The position numbers and the translations under genes were made by a program. Below the pieces are notes generated by a model that ran no database searches, was not told the DNA's origin, and saw nothing but the letters and a program-made list of their open reading frames with translations. Positions 10,117 through 20,149 of a stretch of 64,000 nt of DNA are shown here, piece by piece. The stretch lies in IMG/VR virus record IMGVR_UViG_3300022660_000071; one strand, written 5' to 3'. Source of the DNA: an uncultured virus (IMG/VR IMGVR_UViG_3300022660_000071). Taxonomy: Duplodnaviria; Heunggongvirae; Uroviricota; Caudoviricetes. The stretch's first letter is position 1, and the number at the start of each line of letters is the position of its first letter.

Positions 10117-10657
10117 TAGAGTCCTCCTGAATTGTTTCATCTTCTATTTGCAATTCTTCCGTAGGTGTTTCTACAGTAGTTTGAGCATTAGTAATACTTG
10201 ATAGTAAACTTATTACCGCCGACTTAACTCTTTCTCTAGAATCTCTACTTAGATTACTACTAGAACCGCCTAAATTAACTTCATTTGTTTGTTGATTAAT
10301 CTGAATCAGTGGAGTTTCTCCTGCATTAGATACTTGTTTTTGTCCACGTTCAATAAGGTCTTGTACAATTTTTAAGCCATCAAAAAGTTCCTTATTCGAA
10401 ATTTCGTCCGGTCTGGCCGTAAATCTAGCTAATGCTTGATCTGTTATGGTATCAAGTAAATCACTTAATTTATTAACCCTAACCATAGTTTTTTTATTCT
10501 GGTTGGCATTAAAAAGTTGCGTTAAATCCTTTGCTTTTTGTTCGTCTGTTTCCGCAATAATACGTTCAATTAAGGCTGCAGACTCTTCATTAAGCGTCAC
10601 AACAGGTACTAATCCAGTTTCAGATTCTTCAATTTCTACTGGATAATTGTCATTCAT
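10103..10657 (-). CDS. Hypothetical helical protein
   Basis: 184-aa ORF in operon. Confidence 0.7.
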   Translation of the reverse strand: MNDNYPVEIEESETGLVPVVTLNEESAALIERIIAETDEQKAKDLTQLFNANQNKKTMVRVNKLSDLLDTITDQALARFTARPDEISNKELFDGLKIVQDLIERGQKQVSNAGETPLIQINQQTNEVNLGGSSSNLSRDSRERVKSAVISLLSSITNAQTTVETPTEELQIEDETIQEDSNGNE

Positions 10658-10659
10658 AA

Positions 10660-10989
10660 TTAAATTACCTCATCACAAACAGCTAAAAGCTTATCTGCAA
10701 AAATCTGCTCTAATTCATATTCTAATGGGTCTATGGACGAGCTGAGCGCAGTTTTAATAGCAGTTTTTAAATTTTTTCCTGGAATAAATTTACATTCCAT
10801 ATCTACTAAATTAATACTTAAAGTTCCAATACCGATATTTAAAGTCATTTGATCTTGGCCATTATGTTTTGCTTCACTAATAGCACTGCCAATGCATAAG
10901 CAAGCTTTATCAGTTAATTCAGTAGTTATTTTCGTAGGAATTTTTAATAGCGTTCCTATATCGCCAATAAGATTTGTCTGTGTAGCCAT
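10660..10989 (-). CDS. Hypothetical protein
   Basis: 109-aa ORF with AAGGAG RBS. Confidence 0.7.
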   Translation of the reverse strand: MATQTNLIGDIGTLLKIPTKITTELTDKACLCIGSAISEAKHNGQDQMTLNIGIGTLSINLVDMECKFIPGKNLKTAIKTALSSSIDPLEYELEQIFADKLLAVCDEVI

Positions 10990-10991
10990 AA

Positions 10992-11222
10992 TTACTCCTT
11001 TATTTTGCTATCTATACGTTTTAAAACCTTCATGGGGTCTTGTCCATTCAGGTTCCAAACATTTTTTAAGATGTCTGTTAAATATATTTCATATGATTTG
11101 TCTAGCTTATATTTTATACAGTGCGCCATAATTTCTATTGGTCTATATTTATTTGAAAAAACATCTCGTATAAAACTAACTCTTGTTTCAAAAGTTCTTA
11201 AATTTCTATCAAATTTAGCCAT
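10992..11222 (-). CDS. Hypothetical protein
   Basis: 76-aa ORF; TAATG coupling. Confidence 0.65.
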   Translation of the reverse strand: MAKFDRNLRTFETRVSFIRDVFSNKYRPIEIMAHCIKYKLDKSYEIYLTDILKNVWNLNGQDPMKVLKRIDSKIKE

Positions 11223-11623
11223 TATCCTTTTTGAATTTGACTCCTATCAATATTATATTGTTTCATAATAGGCAACAGCTTGACATATAAATCTGTTACA
11301 GCCTCTTTTTCTTTTTTAGTTAATTTACCTAACTTATTTTGTGCAGTGGTAAAAGTTTCGCCGTCAATATTTATGTACTGATACATAAGTAAAGCATTTG
11401 TAACAACTGTCATTTCTGATTCAGTTGGAAAGGTTACAGTTCTACCAGCAAAATACGTAAGTAAACGTGTCATATTAGCACCATCTAAAAGGTAACATAA
11501 TTCACTAGTTAATGCATACTCTGGTATGCCTTGTACTTTAAATAATACAAAAAGCATTAATGAGTATATATCGGATAAGTGTAAGTTATTTAAATTCTTT
11601 TTAATGTTATTCTTGTTCTGCAT
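11222..11623 (-). CDS. Hypothetical protein, possible Mor/C-like transcription factor
   Basis: RLLTYFAGRTVTFP resembles the Mor-family FGG-x-x-IYIP segment; weak. Confidence 0.35.
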   Translation of the reverse strand: MQNKNNIKKNLNNLHLSDIYSLMLFVLFKVQGIPEYALTSELCYLLDGANMTRLLTYFAGRTVTFPTESEMTVVTNALLMYQYINIDGETFTTAQNKLGKLTKKEKEAVTDLYVKLLPIMKQYNIDRSQIQKG

Positions 11624-12425
11624 GCCAGTCCTCCGCAGCTGTTGATATAATTTTTTCTAGGTCGCCGTCGCTTAAATCAGCCTCTTTATAACAATCTATA
11701 ATCTCTAATTTTAGTGCCATAAAAAACTCTTTTAATAAAACTCTTGTATAATTAGACATACTTTTAGGAAGGTGCCATAATATAATACTTTGTGGAGATG
11801 CCACAAGTTTTTTCTTAGTTTTTAGTACTTGAATACTTGTTAAAAGAATTGAAATTTTTAAATTTTGATATTCTGGAGTTGAACTGTTGAATGGTGATTT
11901 TTGGAGTACTTTATCCAAAATATAATTACTTTTCTTTAAAGCATCTCTAACATATTCACCGAAATGATGGTTTACTCCAGTACTAGCCCTGGCGCTATCT
12001 TTTAAGCGCTCTTTAAAGGCTAATGCGTCAAATTTTGTTGAAACGAACTCTTCTTCAATAATTTCCTTAAAACTTTCACGCTGGTATTCAATTTTCATTG
12101 GATATAACAAAGCTTTAGTATAGTTAAGGCAAGATTTAATCGGTCTAATTAATTTTCCTTTAATCGTTTTACCTTGGTTAAGTTGGTTTTTTCGTAAAGC
12201 CAAAAATAAACGATTTGCGGCATAATATGAATACATATCATAGTCTTGGAAATTTTTAAACATGCATTTTTTAATTGCAAGTGCTTTTACCAATAACCAC
12301 AGATAGTTATAAATAGTATTTTCAAGCTCAGGGTTTTCACCTGGGTTTATAATTTTTGGCACATTTTGGTCTATAAATACACACATATCCGTGTATTTCA
12401 TATCATTCGGTTTTTTAAACAGCAT
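11607..12425 (-). CDS. Hypothetical protein, possible divergent phage sigma factor (gp55-like)
   Basis: Helical 272-aa protein next to sbcCD; loose resemblance to sigma region 2. Confidence 0.3.
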   Translation of the reverse strand: MLFKKPNDMKYTDMCVFIDQNVPKIINPGENPELENTIYNYLWLLVKALAIKKCMFKNFQDYDMYSYYAANRLFLALRKNQLNQGKTIKGKLIRPIKSCLNYTKALLYPMKIEYQRESFKEIIEEEFVSTKFDALAFKERLKDSARASTGVNHHFGEYVRDALKKSNYILDKVLQKSPFNSSTPEYQNLKISILLTSIQVLKTKKKLVASPQSIILWHLPKSMSNYTRVLLKEFFMALKLEIIDCYKEADLSDGDLEKIISTAAEDWHAEQE

Positions 12426-12439
12426 TTTATCCTCTTTTA

Positions 12440-14302
12440 TTAGCTTAATTCGCTAATACCATTTTCATTTTTTATTACAACTATCTCAGAGTCTACTGGC
12501 AGCTCAAGCTCTTCCGCGTGGTGGGAAATGATGAAAACAGACTCGATAGTATTTAATTCTTTTTCTAATAGTTGCATAACTGCTTGACAGCTTTTTTTAT
12601 CCAAGAAATCAGTTATTTCATCTAAAACAATAATATTAGCACTAAGTCCTAAATATGATGTTAATAAGTCTCTAATTGCTAATTGTAAAATTAAGTCCAC
12701 TCTTTGTTTCTCACCGCCTGATAACCCATCAAAGGCTTTACCACAATAAGTAATATCGAGAGCATTTCCATTTATTTCAATCACAAGTTCTCTAGTGCCA
12801 AAAACAGTTGAACAATAGTCTTTTGCTTTGCTATCAATGTAATTAATAATATTTGTTAATAAGTAGCCACGGAAGTCTCGTTTGGTTAACTGGTCCATCT
12901 TTTTAATGATAGCAATACGTTGGTCATAATCGTCTTTAGCTAAACTTGTAATAGAAATTACATTTGTTAATCTGGCAATTTCTGTTTCAATAGTGCTTAT
13001 TTCATCGGCCTGTTTTTTAATAAACTTATCCCAGTTCTGTCTATCATAGATAAGCTTATTATAATTTGTTTTTTCAAATTCTAGGCTTGAAATACAGCTT
13101 CTGTGACTCGTTTTTATATTTTGCAAAGAAGTCTTAGCCGTAGATATTCGACCTGTTAAATCGTTAATTTCGCCTTTATACGCAGCTTCAATTTTAGACA
13201 AATATTCTTGATGTTGCATATTACAATTTAAAATATCTTGATTAATTTTATCAAGTGCTTCTTGATACGGAATTAGCTTAGCGTCCAAAGCACTTGTGTC
13301 AGGCTTTTGTACATTTGGAATGTGTTGTCCGCAAGTAGGGCAAGTATCTACAATAGCTTTTAGTTTATCAATTTCTTTTTTCAAAGCTTTAATATCAAAT
13401 TCAAGTCTAGTTTTTTCAGTGGTACGTTGAGTGTAGGATGCAGTATAAGCTGCAAGTTCTTCGCTACTCACTTTAGCTTTTTCATTAGATAGCTCTAGTA
13501 GTCTTTTATTTAAGGTCTCTATCTCAGTTTCTACTGAAGTAATATCTGTCTCATATTGTGTTTTTTGCATTTCTAACTGGGTTAATTTGGTAGCTTGTGC
13601 TGCAATTAAGCTATCAAAATCAGGTCTTTGCTGATTGGCTAAAAATTGCTTAAGTTTTTCTAAATTAGCTACGTGACTATTTAATTGAGTACGATTAGCA
13701 AGTAAGCTATCTTCGTACTCTCTTATTTTACTACTAAGTGCCTGTTGACGAGCGGTAATGCGATTTTTCAAATCTTCAATCATAAAGTCTGATTTAGTTA
13801 GCTTTTCTAATAAATCTTTACGGCCACTTGGGCTAAATGATGAAAATTTATTTGGCATTGACTGACCAATAATTATTGTTGATGCGATAAGGTCTTTGGT
13901 TAGTTCAGGAAGTAGCTCTTGAAATTTCTTTTCAGATTCTCTAAGCCCCTTTCCACTAACATCGACATCGTTTTTAAAAATTTTAAGGTCCGATTTCGGA
14001 GTAATTATTCTATGTATATTATATAAATCTTTATTATACATAAAATCTAATTGTACCCAACAATCAGCTTCATCAATATTAATATTTTTTAAATTAGTTT
14101 TAATACCATTTATGGTTTCGCCAGTTAATGCATAACAAATAGCACTCCATAGAAATGATTTGCCTGCGCCATTAGATAAAGCATTATCTTTTATATAATT
14201 ATTTTGTCCTGATACTAAACAGAAGCCACGATTTTGTAAATCTAATTCTACGTGTCCGTAGCTTCCAAAATTATGTATCACTATTTTTTTAAATTGTATC
14301 AT
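12440..14302 (-). CDS. sbcC: SbcC/Rad50/gp46-like ATPase
   Basis: NGAGKS Walker A, coiled coil with CPTCG zinc hook, LSGGEKQR signature, LDE and ISH. Confidence 0.93.
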   Translation of the reverse strand: MIQFKKIVIHNFGSYGHVELDLQNRGFCLVSGQNNYIKDNALSNGAGKSFLWSAICYALTGETINGIKTNLKNINIDEADCWVQLDFMYNKDLYNIHRIITPKSDLKIFKNDVDVSGKGLRESEKKFQELLPELTKDLIASTIIIGQSMPNKFSSFSPSGRKDLLEKLTKSDFMIEDLKNRITARQQALSSKIREYEDSLLANRTQLNSHVANLEKLKQFLANQQRPDFDSLIAAQATKLTQLEMQKTQYETDITSVETEIETLNKRLLELSNEKAKVSSEELAAYTASYTQRTTEKTRLEFDIKALKKEIDKLKAIVDTCPTCGQHIPNVQKPDTSALDAKLIPYQEALDKINQDILNCNMQHQEYLSKIEAAYKGEINDLTGRISTAKTSLQNIKTSHRSCISSLEFEKTNYNKLIYDRQNWDKFIKKQADEISTIETEIARLTNVISITSLAKDDYDQRIAIIKKMDQLTKRDFRGYLLTNIINYIDSKAKDYCSTVFGTRELVIEINGNALDITYCGKAFDGLSGGEKQRVDLILQLAIRDLLTSYLGLSANIIVLDEITDFLDKKSCQAVMQLLEKELNTIESVFIISHHAEELELPVDSEIVVIKNENGISELS

Positions 14303-14690
14303 TAAGAGTTAACCACCCATCAATATTTATTTTAACGAATTCCCAAAAATTATTAAAATGGAAATCTTTTTGTGCCATATCTGTACTGTTTTGATAGGCT
14401 TCAAATTCTGCAATAGCAATTATAAGCATCGCAAGAGCCTCTTCCTCGGGTTTTTCTTGTTCTGCCTGTTTAGTTAGACATTCATCAAATTCTGCAAAAG
14501 GTTCGGTAGGTTCAGTAGGTTCTATAGGATCATCTGCGGATTTTACAATTAATGAATCTCTTAAATACTTTAATTGCTCCACAAATACTAAAAGACTGGC
14601 ACCAAGGTTTCCTAAAAATTCTTTATTATTCAATATTTTAAGCCTAGCTTTATAAGCTTTTTTTAGGGGTTTTAGGTCTTTGTTTTTCAT
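14289..14690 (-). CDS. Hypothetical protein
   Basis: 133-aa ORF between sbcD and sbcC; its start lies almost on the promoter motif (possibly leaderless). Confidence 0.6.
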   Translation of the reverse strand: MKNKDLKPLKKAYKARLKILNNKEFLGNLGASLLVFVEQLKYLRDSLIVKSADDPIEPTEPTEPFAEFDECLTKQAEQEKPEEEALAMLIIAIAEFEAYQNSTDMAQKDFHFNNFWEFVKINIDGWLTLNDTI

Positions 14691-14732
14691 AATATATTAT
14701 ACGATATTTTATACAAGTTAAGGTTTAAAAAA

Positions 14733-15758
14733 TTACTTGCAAATTTCGCTAAGCTCCTCTTCTAGTAATGTAGAATTTTCAATAGTAGCACGACAGCAAT
14801 CTATAAATCTAGATAAATGGTCTACCGTAAGGTTTAATTCTGCAGTTTCAGCGGTTTCTGTAGATTGCTGTTTAATTATAATAATTCGAGATTCTATAAT
14901 ATTAGGCAATATTGCTATTTTTTGTTTTACTTCTTCAACCAAAGACTGCTCGCATTTAACTGAAATTACTGCGTTATTTTTTAATCCGCCTAGTTGAACA
15001 ATATCGAGTTCAGTATTAATATCTATTTTATAAAAATTAAAAGCATATGGATTTTCTATGTAAGTTATTGACATAGTTTTTGTATCTAGTATTGCAATAT
15101 TATGACTATGCTTAAAAGAATTTTCGCCAAAGTCTTTTCCGGATAGATTTCCTAAATTTATTACTTTATCTGTAATCGCCTGGCCGTTATGAAGGTGCCC
15201 GTTAATAAAAAGCGAGCAGTTTTCTTCAATTTCTTCAACACTAAAGCCTGTTTTTGAAACCACAGGACCAAGTTGAATACCGCTAATATCATTATGAGAT
15301 AGTATTACACTCGGTATAGTAGTGTCATTTTTAAAATATTCTCTTAACGGTTTTCTATCACATTCTGTAATATAAGGCAAAAAATAAATGATACAATCCG
15401 TTAATGGTAGAGCACTTGGTTCATCTATAATTACATGGTTCTCAGAGTTAAGACTATTTACTGAATTAAATGTAAGCGAACTGTTAGATGCGTCATGATT
15501 GCCTACTAAATGATAATGCATTATATTAGACCATTTTATATCATTACAAGCAGTGATAGTTTCACTTGTTAAGTCTGGCTTATCAAAAAAATCTCCTAAG
15601 TTAATGATATATTCACAGCCCAGTTCTTCGGCTTTTCTCTCTAACCAATTTAGTGACTCAATACAATTTTCTAATCTCGTTGGATATTTTGTACCCCACT
15701 TATTTACAATACTGGCGCGCGGACACATATGAAGGTCTGTAAAAAGTAAAATTTTCAT
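14733..15758 (-). CDS. sbcD: SbcD/Mre11/gp47-like nuclease
   Basis: DLH, GDFFD, GNHD and GHLH metallophosphoesterase motifs; adjacent to sbcC. Confidence 0.92.
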   Translation of the reverse strand: MKILLFTDLHMCPRASIVNKWGTKYPTRLENCIESLNWLERKAEELGCEYIINLGDFFDKPDLTSETITACNDIKWSNIMHYHLVGNHDASNSSLTFNSVNSLNSENHVIIDEPSALPLTDCIIYFLPYITECDRKPLREYFKNDTTIPSVILSHNDISGIQLGPVVSKTGFSVEEIEENCSLFINGHLHNGQAITDKVINLGNLSGKDFGENSFKHSHNIAILDTKTMSITYIENPYAFNFYKIDINTELDIVQLGGLKNNAVISVKCEQSLVEEVKQKIAILPNIIESRIIIIKQQSTETAETAELNLTVDHLSRFIDCCRATIENSTLLEEELSEICK

Positions 15759-15819
15759 TTAATATTTCCTTTACTTATATTATTATATATATATTTATAT
15801 TATACAGTAAATATAAAGA

Positions 15820-15847
15820 AAAAGCAGCCTTAAACAAAAGCCGCTTT
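15820..15847 (-). terminator. Intrinsic terminator
   Basis: Minus strand AAAGCGGCTT-loop-AGGCTGCTTTTT with G-U pairs. Confidence 0.65.
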
Positions 15848-15853
15848 ATAAAA

Positions 15854-16426
15854 TTAGTTAATATACATTGTAGCCATTTCGGCCATTCTTGTTAAAGCAA
15901 CTAGCGGGTAAGTTCTAAATACTTCATGAATATCTGGGCTAAAATCAGAAATTCGTGAATAGACGATTGCTTCGGTTTGTTCAGTGCTCAAAGATACTAA
16001 GTCTCTAATTTGCATATACGAGCTGAAGCCTAAATCACCGAAAACCTGTCTATTGATACCTTCTTTGGTTCTAAAATATTCAACAGAATTCCATAAGCCG
16101 GTGATATCATCTTTAACATTTTTAGTTGCTTTCTCATACATAGTAGCTTTATAGATATCTTTAAATAATGCTACTTTAATAACATCTTCCTCAGAGTACT
16201 TGCCTGGGAAATATGCATTACATAGCACTCCAAGTTCATGTGCAAATTTTAAAGCATATTCACAAAGCCCGCCATCATAAGCACCAACATACTGTGTAGA
16301 TGCTGGCTTGTTGAAATAATCAACACTATCAAGTAATTTACTAATTCCTGTTAGGTCAATATTTAATTTTGCTAAAAGCTCCATGAATTTAATTTCATTG
16401 GTATTTTTTTGTTCTAAAGTTAACAT
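15854..16426 (-). CDS. HD-domain-like protein with all His ligands lost
   Basis: PASTQYVGAYDGGLCEYAL and ALFKDIYK correspond to PAS.KYHG...GGL.EHS and ALLHDLGK. Confidence 0.65.
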   Translation of the reverse strand: MLTLEQKNTNEIKFMELLAKLNIDLTGISKLLDSVDYFNKPASTQYVGAYDGGLCEYALKFAHELGVLCNAYFPGKYSEEDVIKVALFKDIYKATMYEKATKNVKDDITGLWNSVEYFRTKEGINRQVFGDLGFSSYMQIRDLVSLSTEQTEAIVYSRISDFSPDIHEVFRTYPLVALTRMAEMATMYIN

Positions 16427-16438
16427 TTAATCCTCCTA

Positions 16439-17245
16439 TTAGAAATCGCTTAAAACTGTGTCTATAACTGCCTGCTCCATTGCTTTAGTATATTTTTGTG
16501 CACAATTGCCTACAGCAAAACATTTAGGCACTAATGTAGATTCAGTTTTGTTATCTGTAATTAAATAGCCTTGTTCGGTTTTTTCAATAATATTATTTGG
16601 TATAAAGTCAACCGCTGGTTTTGAAGGCGTTTTTACAAAAATTGCCGAGCAGTTAATAGTTGTATAATTATTGAATTCAACTTTTTGTAGTACATTATCT
16701 TTTGAAATTGTTTTAAGTAAAGAAGTATTTTGTAATACTACCAAATTTTCGGTATTCGCTAACTTTTTAGAATTTGCTTCCGTAAGGCCTTCTATAGCAA
16801 TATCTTTAGTACATAAATATACTTGTTTATATTTTTTGGCTACGTCTAATGCAAATTTCACGTCTGTATTTTTATTACAAATAACTACAGCCGGTTGATT
16901 TTTAGTAGACTTAGGAAGGTCATCAATCGTATTATGCACTCCAATTGCAGGCTTTCCGTTTAGAATCAAAGGTTCATAATTTAAACCCGCTGCAATAACT
17001 AAATGAGTAGCATAAATTCTAGTACCATTTTTCAAATAACAGCCAAAAAGTCTATTTTTATAATCTACTAAAACTACTTCATCTCTAAAGTATTCTACAT
17101 TAAGATAATCATGCGTAGTAGTACTCTTAAAGGCCTGACTAATAAATGCTAATTTAATTTTAGGTCTATTAGAGGCAATTTTATCTAAAAGTTCGTGGCC
17201 TGCCTTACTATCGCCAACAATCATAATATCTACTTGATAATTCAT
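16439..17245 (-). CDS. Thioredoxin-reductase-like protein, degenerate (no CxxC)
   Basis: DIMIVGDSKAG, LVIAAG and GYLITD...T.VP..FAVGNC follow the TrxB layout. Confidence 0.7.
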   Translation of the reverse strand: MNYQVDIMIVGDSKAGHELLDKIASNRPKIKLAFISQAFKSTTTHDYLNVEYFRDEVVLVDYKNRLFGCYLKNGTRIYATHLVIAAGLNYEPLILNGKPAIGVHNTIDDLPKSTKNQPAVVICNKNTDVKFALDVAKKYKQVYLCTKDIAIEGLTEANSKKLANTENLVVLQNTSLLKTISKDNVLQKVEFNNYTTINCSAIFVKTPSKPAVDFIPNNIIEKTEQGYLITDNKTESTLVPKCFAVGNCAQKYTKAMEQAVIDTVLSDF

Positions 17246-17289
17246 TTAATTTCTCCTAATTTTATCTATAATATATTATACAATATATT

Positions 17290-18252
17290 TTAAGTATTCT
17301 GTGCTTGCTGTTTGAATTGACTTATGCAAAATTGTCTGTCTATTGCGATATTTTCCAGTCCCTGCCAAGAAACCATAACCTCACGAACGTTATCACCGGA
17401 TTTTTGCCAAGTGCTAAAATATGGACACACCGCATTTGGATTGGTACTTATAATATCAGGGTTAGTTAATGGGTTATATTCACACCAATGGCAAAGTGCT
17501 GTGATAGTAGGTTTAAAGTTTTTATTAGTAATGCCCTTAAATAGTTTATCTAATGCAGGTCTAGCTTCGCCAACAAGGTCTGTAGAAGTCGCAGGCTGTG
17601 TAATATCACATAAAGGAAGGTCGTATTCACATCTAATTTTATCATAGTCCACGCCCCAAAGTTCCTTTGCGGCCATGGCATATACTGCAAACTGAAGCGG
17701 TACTTTTAACTCACTAGGCTGAGCAGCGACTGCCCAAGATTTAATATCTTGAATAATAATTTCACCAGTTTCAATATTTCTAAAAGCACGGTCGATTGAG
17801 CCGTTAAAAGAGTGAATATTATCGTAATTAAACTCAAATTTCTGCTCAATGCCAATGATTTTTAGATCTGGGTGTTGTCGCATAAAGTTTTCTAAACGAT
17901 AAATTGCTGAATCAAGGTATAAATAAGTTTTTTCTTGATAGGTACGTTTAGACTTATCTGGCGTAAAAAATTCATTTGGATATTTAATTGCAAGTTTACG
18001 GCTTTCAATTATAAATCTATTTTTAAGGGTTATATAATCTATTGCCGTGATTCCTTCCTGAATAGTTTTAGCGATAGCTTCTTCTGTTTCGTGAATAAGT
18101 GTACCAAAGTCAGTTGCAATGTTTGCATTATAAATAAAGTTCTTTTCCTCGTATTTTGTAAAGTACTTAAAGGCACACTGTTTAAAACACGAAATTTTAG
18201 AATAAGAATACCTATCTAATTTTTTAATTTCATTATTTAGTATTTCTGCCAT
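17290..18252 (-). CDS. PD-(D/E)XK exonuclease, Cas4/AddB-like with Cys cluster
   Basis: YSYSKISCFKQC, GTLIH, GSID...QDIKS, QFAVY and CHWCEY...C. Confidence 0.8.
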   Translation of the reverse strand: MAEILNNEIKKLDRYSYSKISCFKQCAFKYFTKYEEKNFIYNANIATDFGTLIHETEEAIAKTIQEGITAIDYITLKNRFIIESRKLAIKYPNEFFTPDKSKRTYQEKTYLYLDSAIYRLENFMRQHPDLKIIGIEQKFEFNYDNIHSFNGSIDRAFRNIETGEIIIQDIKSWAVAAQPSELKVPLQFAVYAMAAKELWGVDYDKIRCEYDLPLCDITQPATSTDLVGEARPALDKLFKGITNKNFKPTITALCHWCEYNPLTNPDIISTNPNAVCPYFSTWQKSGDNVREVMVSWQGLENIAIDRQFCISQFKQQAQNT

Positions 18253-18286
18253 GTATAGTTTTCCTTAAAATTATAATTATATAATA

Positions 18287-18326
18287 TATTATACAATAAA
18301 AGACGACCTAATTTTAAGTCGTCTTT
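18287..18326 (-). promoter_or_regulatory. Fused terminator hairpin plus early/middle promoter (AAAAT-N13-14-YYGTATWATA)
   Basis: Minus strand TAAAGACGACTTAAAATTAGGTCGTCTTTTATTGTATAATA; same layout at ~20075, 21743, 22527, 32391, 40081 and 42940. Confidence 0.7.
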
Positions 18327-18335
18327 ACGTAAATA

Positions 18336-19253
18336 TTAATTACTAATTTTATAACTTAAGTTATTTATAATATAACTTAGCATATCGCGTTTGTTAAGTT
18401 CTAATTTAGAAGTCTTTAACATTAAATCAAAATTTGTTAAAAACTTAATTTTTTGTTTAGCTGCCTCAATATTAAGACTTCTATACTTAGATTTAATGAA
18501 GTCATATTGTTTAGTTGATACACCGCAGTATTCAGCGGTTAAATTAGGATTTTGAGATACTAAGATAATATTTTTTAAACTCGCCAAAGCTCTATTTACT
18601 AGCACAACAGGTTCGTGTATCTCATGTCCGTTATATTTAATAAAATCCAAAAGCATCAGAAGGTCGCCGTCGACTATTGCATTAACTATTGCAAATAAAT
18701 CAGCATTATAAAGGTCGGTCTGCGGGTCAAAGCGGATAGCGTTAAATACTTCTTTTTGGTCATCTTTACTAAATAAAGCTACTTTCGCAAGTTCATTATT
18801 AACTCTTTCAATACTACCACCAGTTGCTTTTACGAGCCATTCAATATCTTCACTGTCTAGATTTGGACAAGTAGCTTTCGCATAATCGCAAATTTGCCAT
18901 GCTTCTAATTTTGGAAATTTGATAATGTATTTGTCTAAGTTTTTTATAATACTCTTATCTACTTGCTCGCAAACAACGATAGTATTTTCAAATTGCGAAT
19001 AGTCTTCAGCTCGCTCGTCAAAAGTATCTACAGTTAAAACATTAAGAGTTTCCGCAGAAGAAGTAAGCAACATCAAAGAAGACTGCTGAGGCTCGTAAAT
19101 ACTAGTTATTTTATTGATACCACCGACAGAAAGTTCGCCAAGAGCTTTAACATATTGAGTAGCTAAGTAAGGATTATCTTTACTAACAAAAATCATGAAA
19201 TCAGTTGGCACGATTTTCTCAGTAATAAAATTTTTAAGTTCCATTAAGATCAT
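18336..19253 (-). CDS. Clamp-loader delta subunit-like (HolA-like)
   Basis: IERVNNELAKVALF, LFAIVNAI and D.MLKTS segments typical of delta; near dnaX. Confidence 0.7.
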   Translation of the reverse strand: MILMELKNFITEKIVPTDFMIFVSKDNPYLATQYVKALGELSVGGINKITSIYEPQQSSLMLLTSSAETLNVLTVDTFDERAEDYSQFENTIVVCEQVDKSIIKNLDKYIIKFPKLEAWQICDYAKATCPNLDSEDIEWLVKATGGSIERVNNELAKVALFSKDDQKEVFNAIRFDPQTDLYNADLFAIVNAIVDGDLLMLLDFIKYNGHEIHEPVVLVNRALASLKNIILVSQNPNLTAEYCGVSTKQYDFIKSKYRSLNIEAAKQKIKFLTNFDLMLKTSKLELNKRDMLSYIINNLSYKISN

Positions 19254-20038
19254 GATTTAAGTGCCTCCCATAAAGTAGTAAGATAATTTAACATCAAAGT
19301 TTCTTTGATAAGGTTTTGCTGAGTTGCATATTGTTTAAATTGATTTGTTATTTTAAATACAGTAAAACTTTGAGCCGCGCCAGTATTTTTATAGTCTTCC
19401 AAAGCAAGATATTCAACAGTATCTAAAAATAAATCAAAGTCTAATTTATTATACAAATCTTTATAGTTAATTTTAGTTGATACTACAAGGGCATTTGCGT
19501 AGCTTGCTTTGTTAAGGTTGTGCACAACTTTTCCAGCTAAATCTAAAAGACTTTGAAGGCTGGAATCTGTTATATTAAGTAATTTGCCCGGTGTTTTAAA
19601 AATCTTAAAAGCAAGGTCATTTACAACTGAGTTAGTAATTTGATTGATTTGCTCTTTGGTATAAGACTCAAAATAATGCTTTATACATCTATTAAGAATT
19701 GTGTTTAATACACCAGCTTCTGAATTTGCAATCAAAATTATATAAACAGACTTCGAAGGCTCTTCAATAAACTTAAGGAACTGGTTCTGCTGCTTTTCGG
19801 TAAATTTATTTAAATTGATAAGGTAAAGGGTATCGATAGTTTTATGTGTATAATCTTCTAGGTCCTGAGCGGATACAGACTCTTCAATTTCTACAAAATC
19901 AAGCCTAAACTTCTCAGCAGTATATTTAGTTATTGTATGCTTTCCGCAACCAGCAGGGCCCAGGAACATTAAAGTTTTTGGCAAGTACTCCAGTGCATTT
20001 ATTTTAGAAAGTAGTTTAGTTTGTCCAATAATATTCAT
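19250..20038 (-). CDS. Clamp-loader delta-prime subunit-like (HolB-like)
   Basis: IIGQ, GPAGCGK, QNQFLKFIEEP and TILNRC. Confidence 0.8.
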   Translation of the reverse strand: MNIIGQTKLLSKINALEYLPKTLMFLGPAGCGKHTITKYTAEKFRLDFVEIEESVSAQDLEDYTHKTIDTLYLINLNKFTEKQQNQFLKFIEEPSKSVYIILIANSEAGVLNTILNRCIKHYFESYTKEQINQITNSVVNDLAFKIFKTPGKLLNITDSSLQSLLDLAGKVVHNLNKASYANALVVSTKINYKDLYNKLDFDLFLDTVEYLALEDYKNTGAAQSFTVFKITNQFKQYATQQNLIKETLMLNYLTTLWEALKS

Positions 20039-20086
20039 TAAATATAAACTCCTTAAAATTATAATTATATATAATATTATACAATA

Positions 20087-20117
20087 AAAAAGAACCTGAT
20101 TTTACTCAGGTTCTTTT
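20087..20117 (-). terminator. Intrinsic terminator
   Basis: AAAAGAACCTGA...TCAGGTTCTTTT inverted repeat. Confidence 0.8.
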
Positions 20118-20149
20118 AAATACTATTGTTTTATAGATCAACCATTATA

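Noticed and set aside
17290..18252. Cas4-like gene as evidence of a CRISPR-Cas system
   Set aside because: No repeat-spacer array or other cas genes are seen; solo Cas4-like nucleases are common in phages
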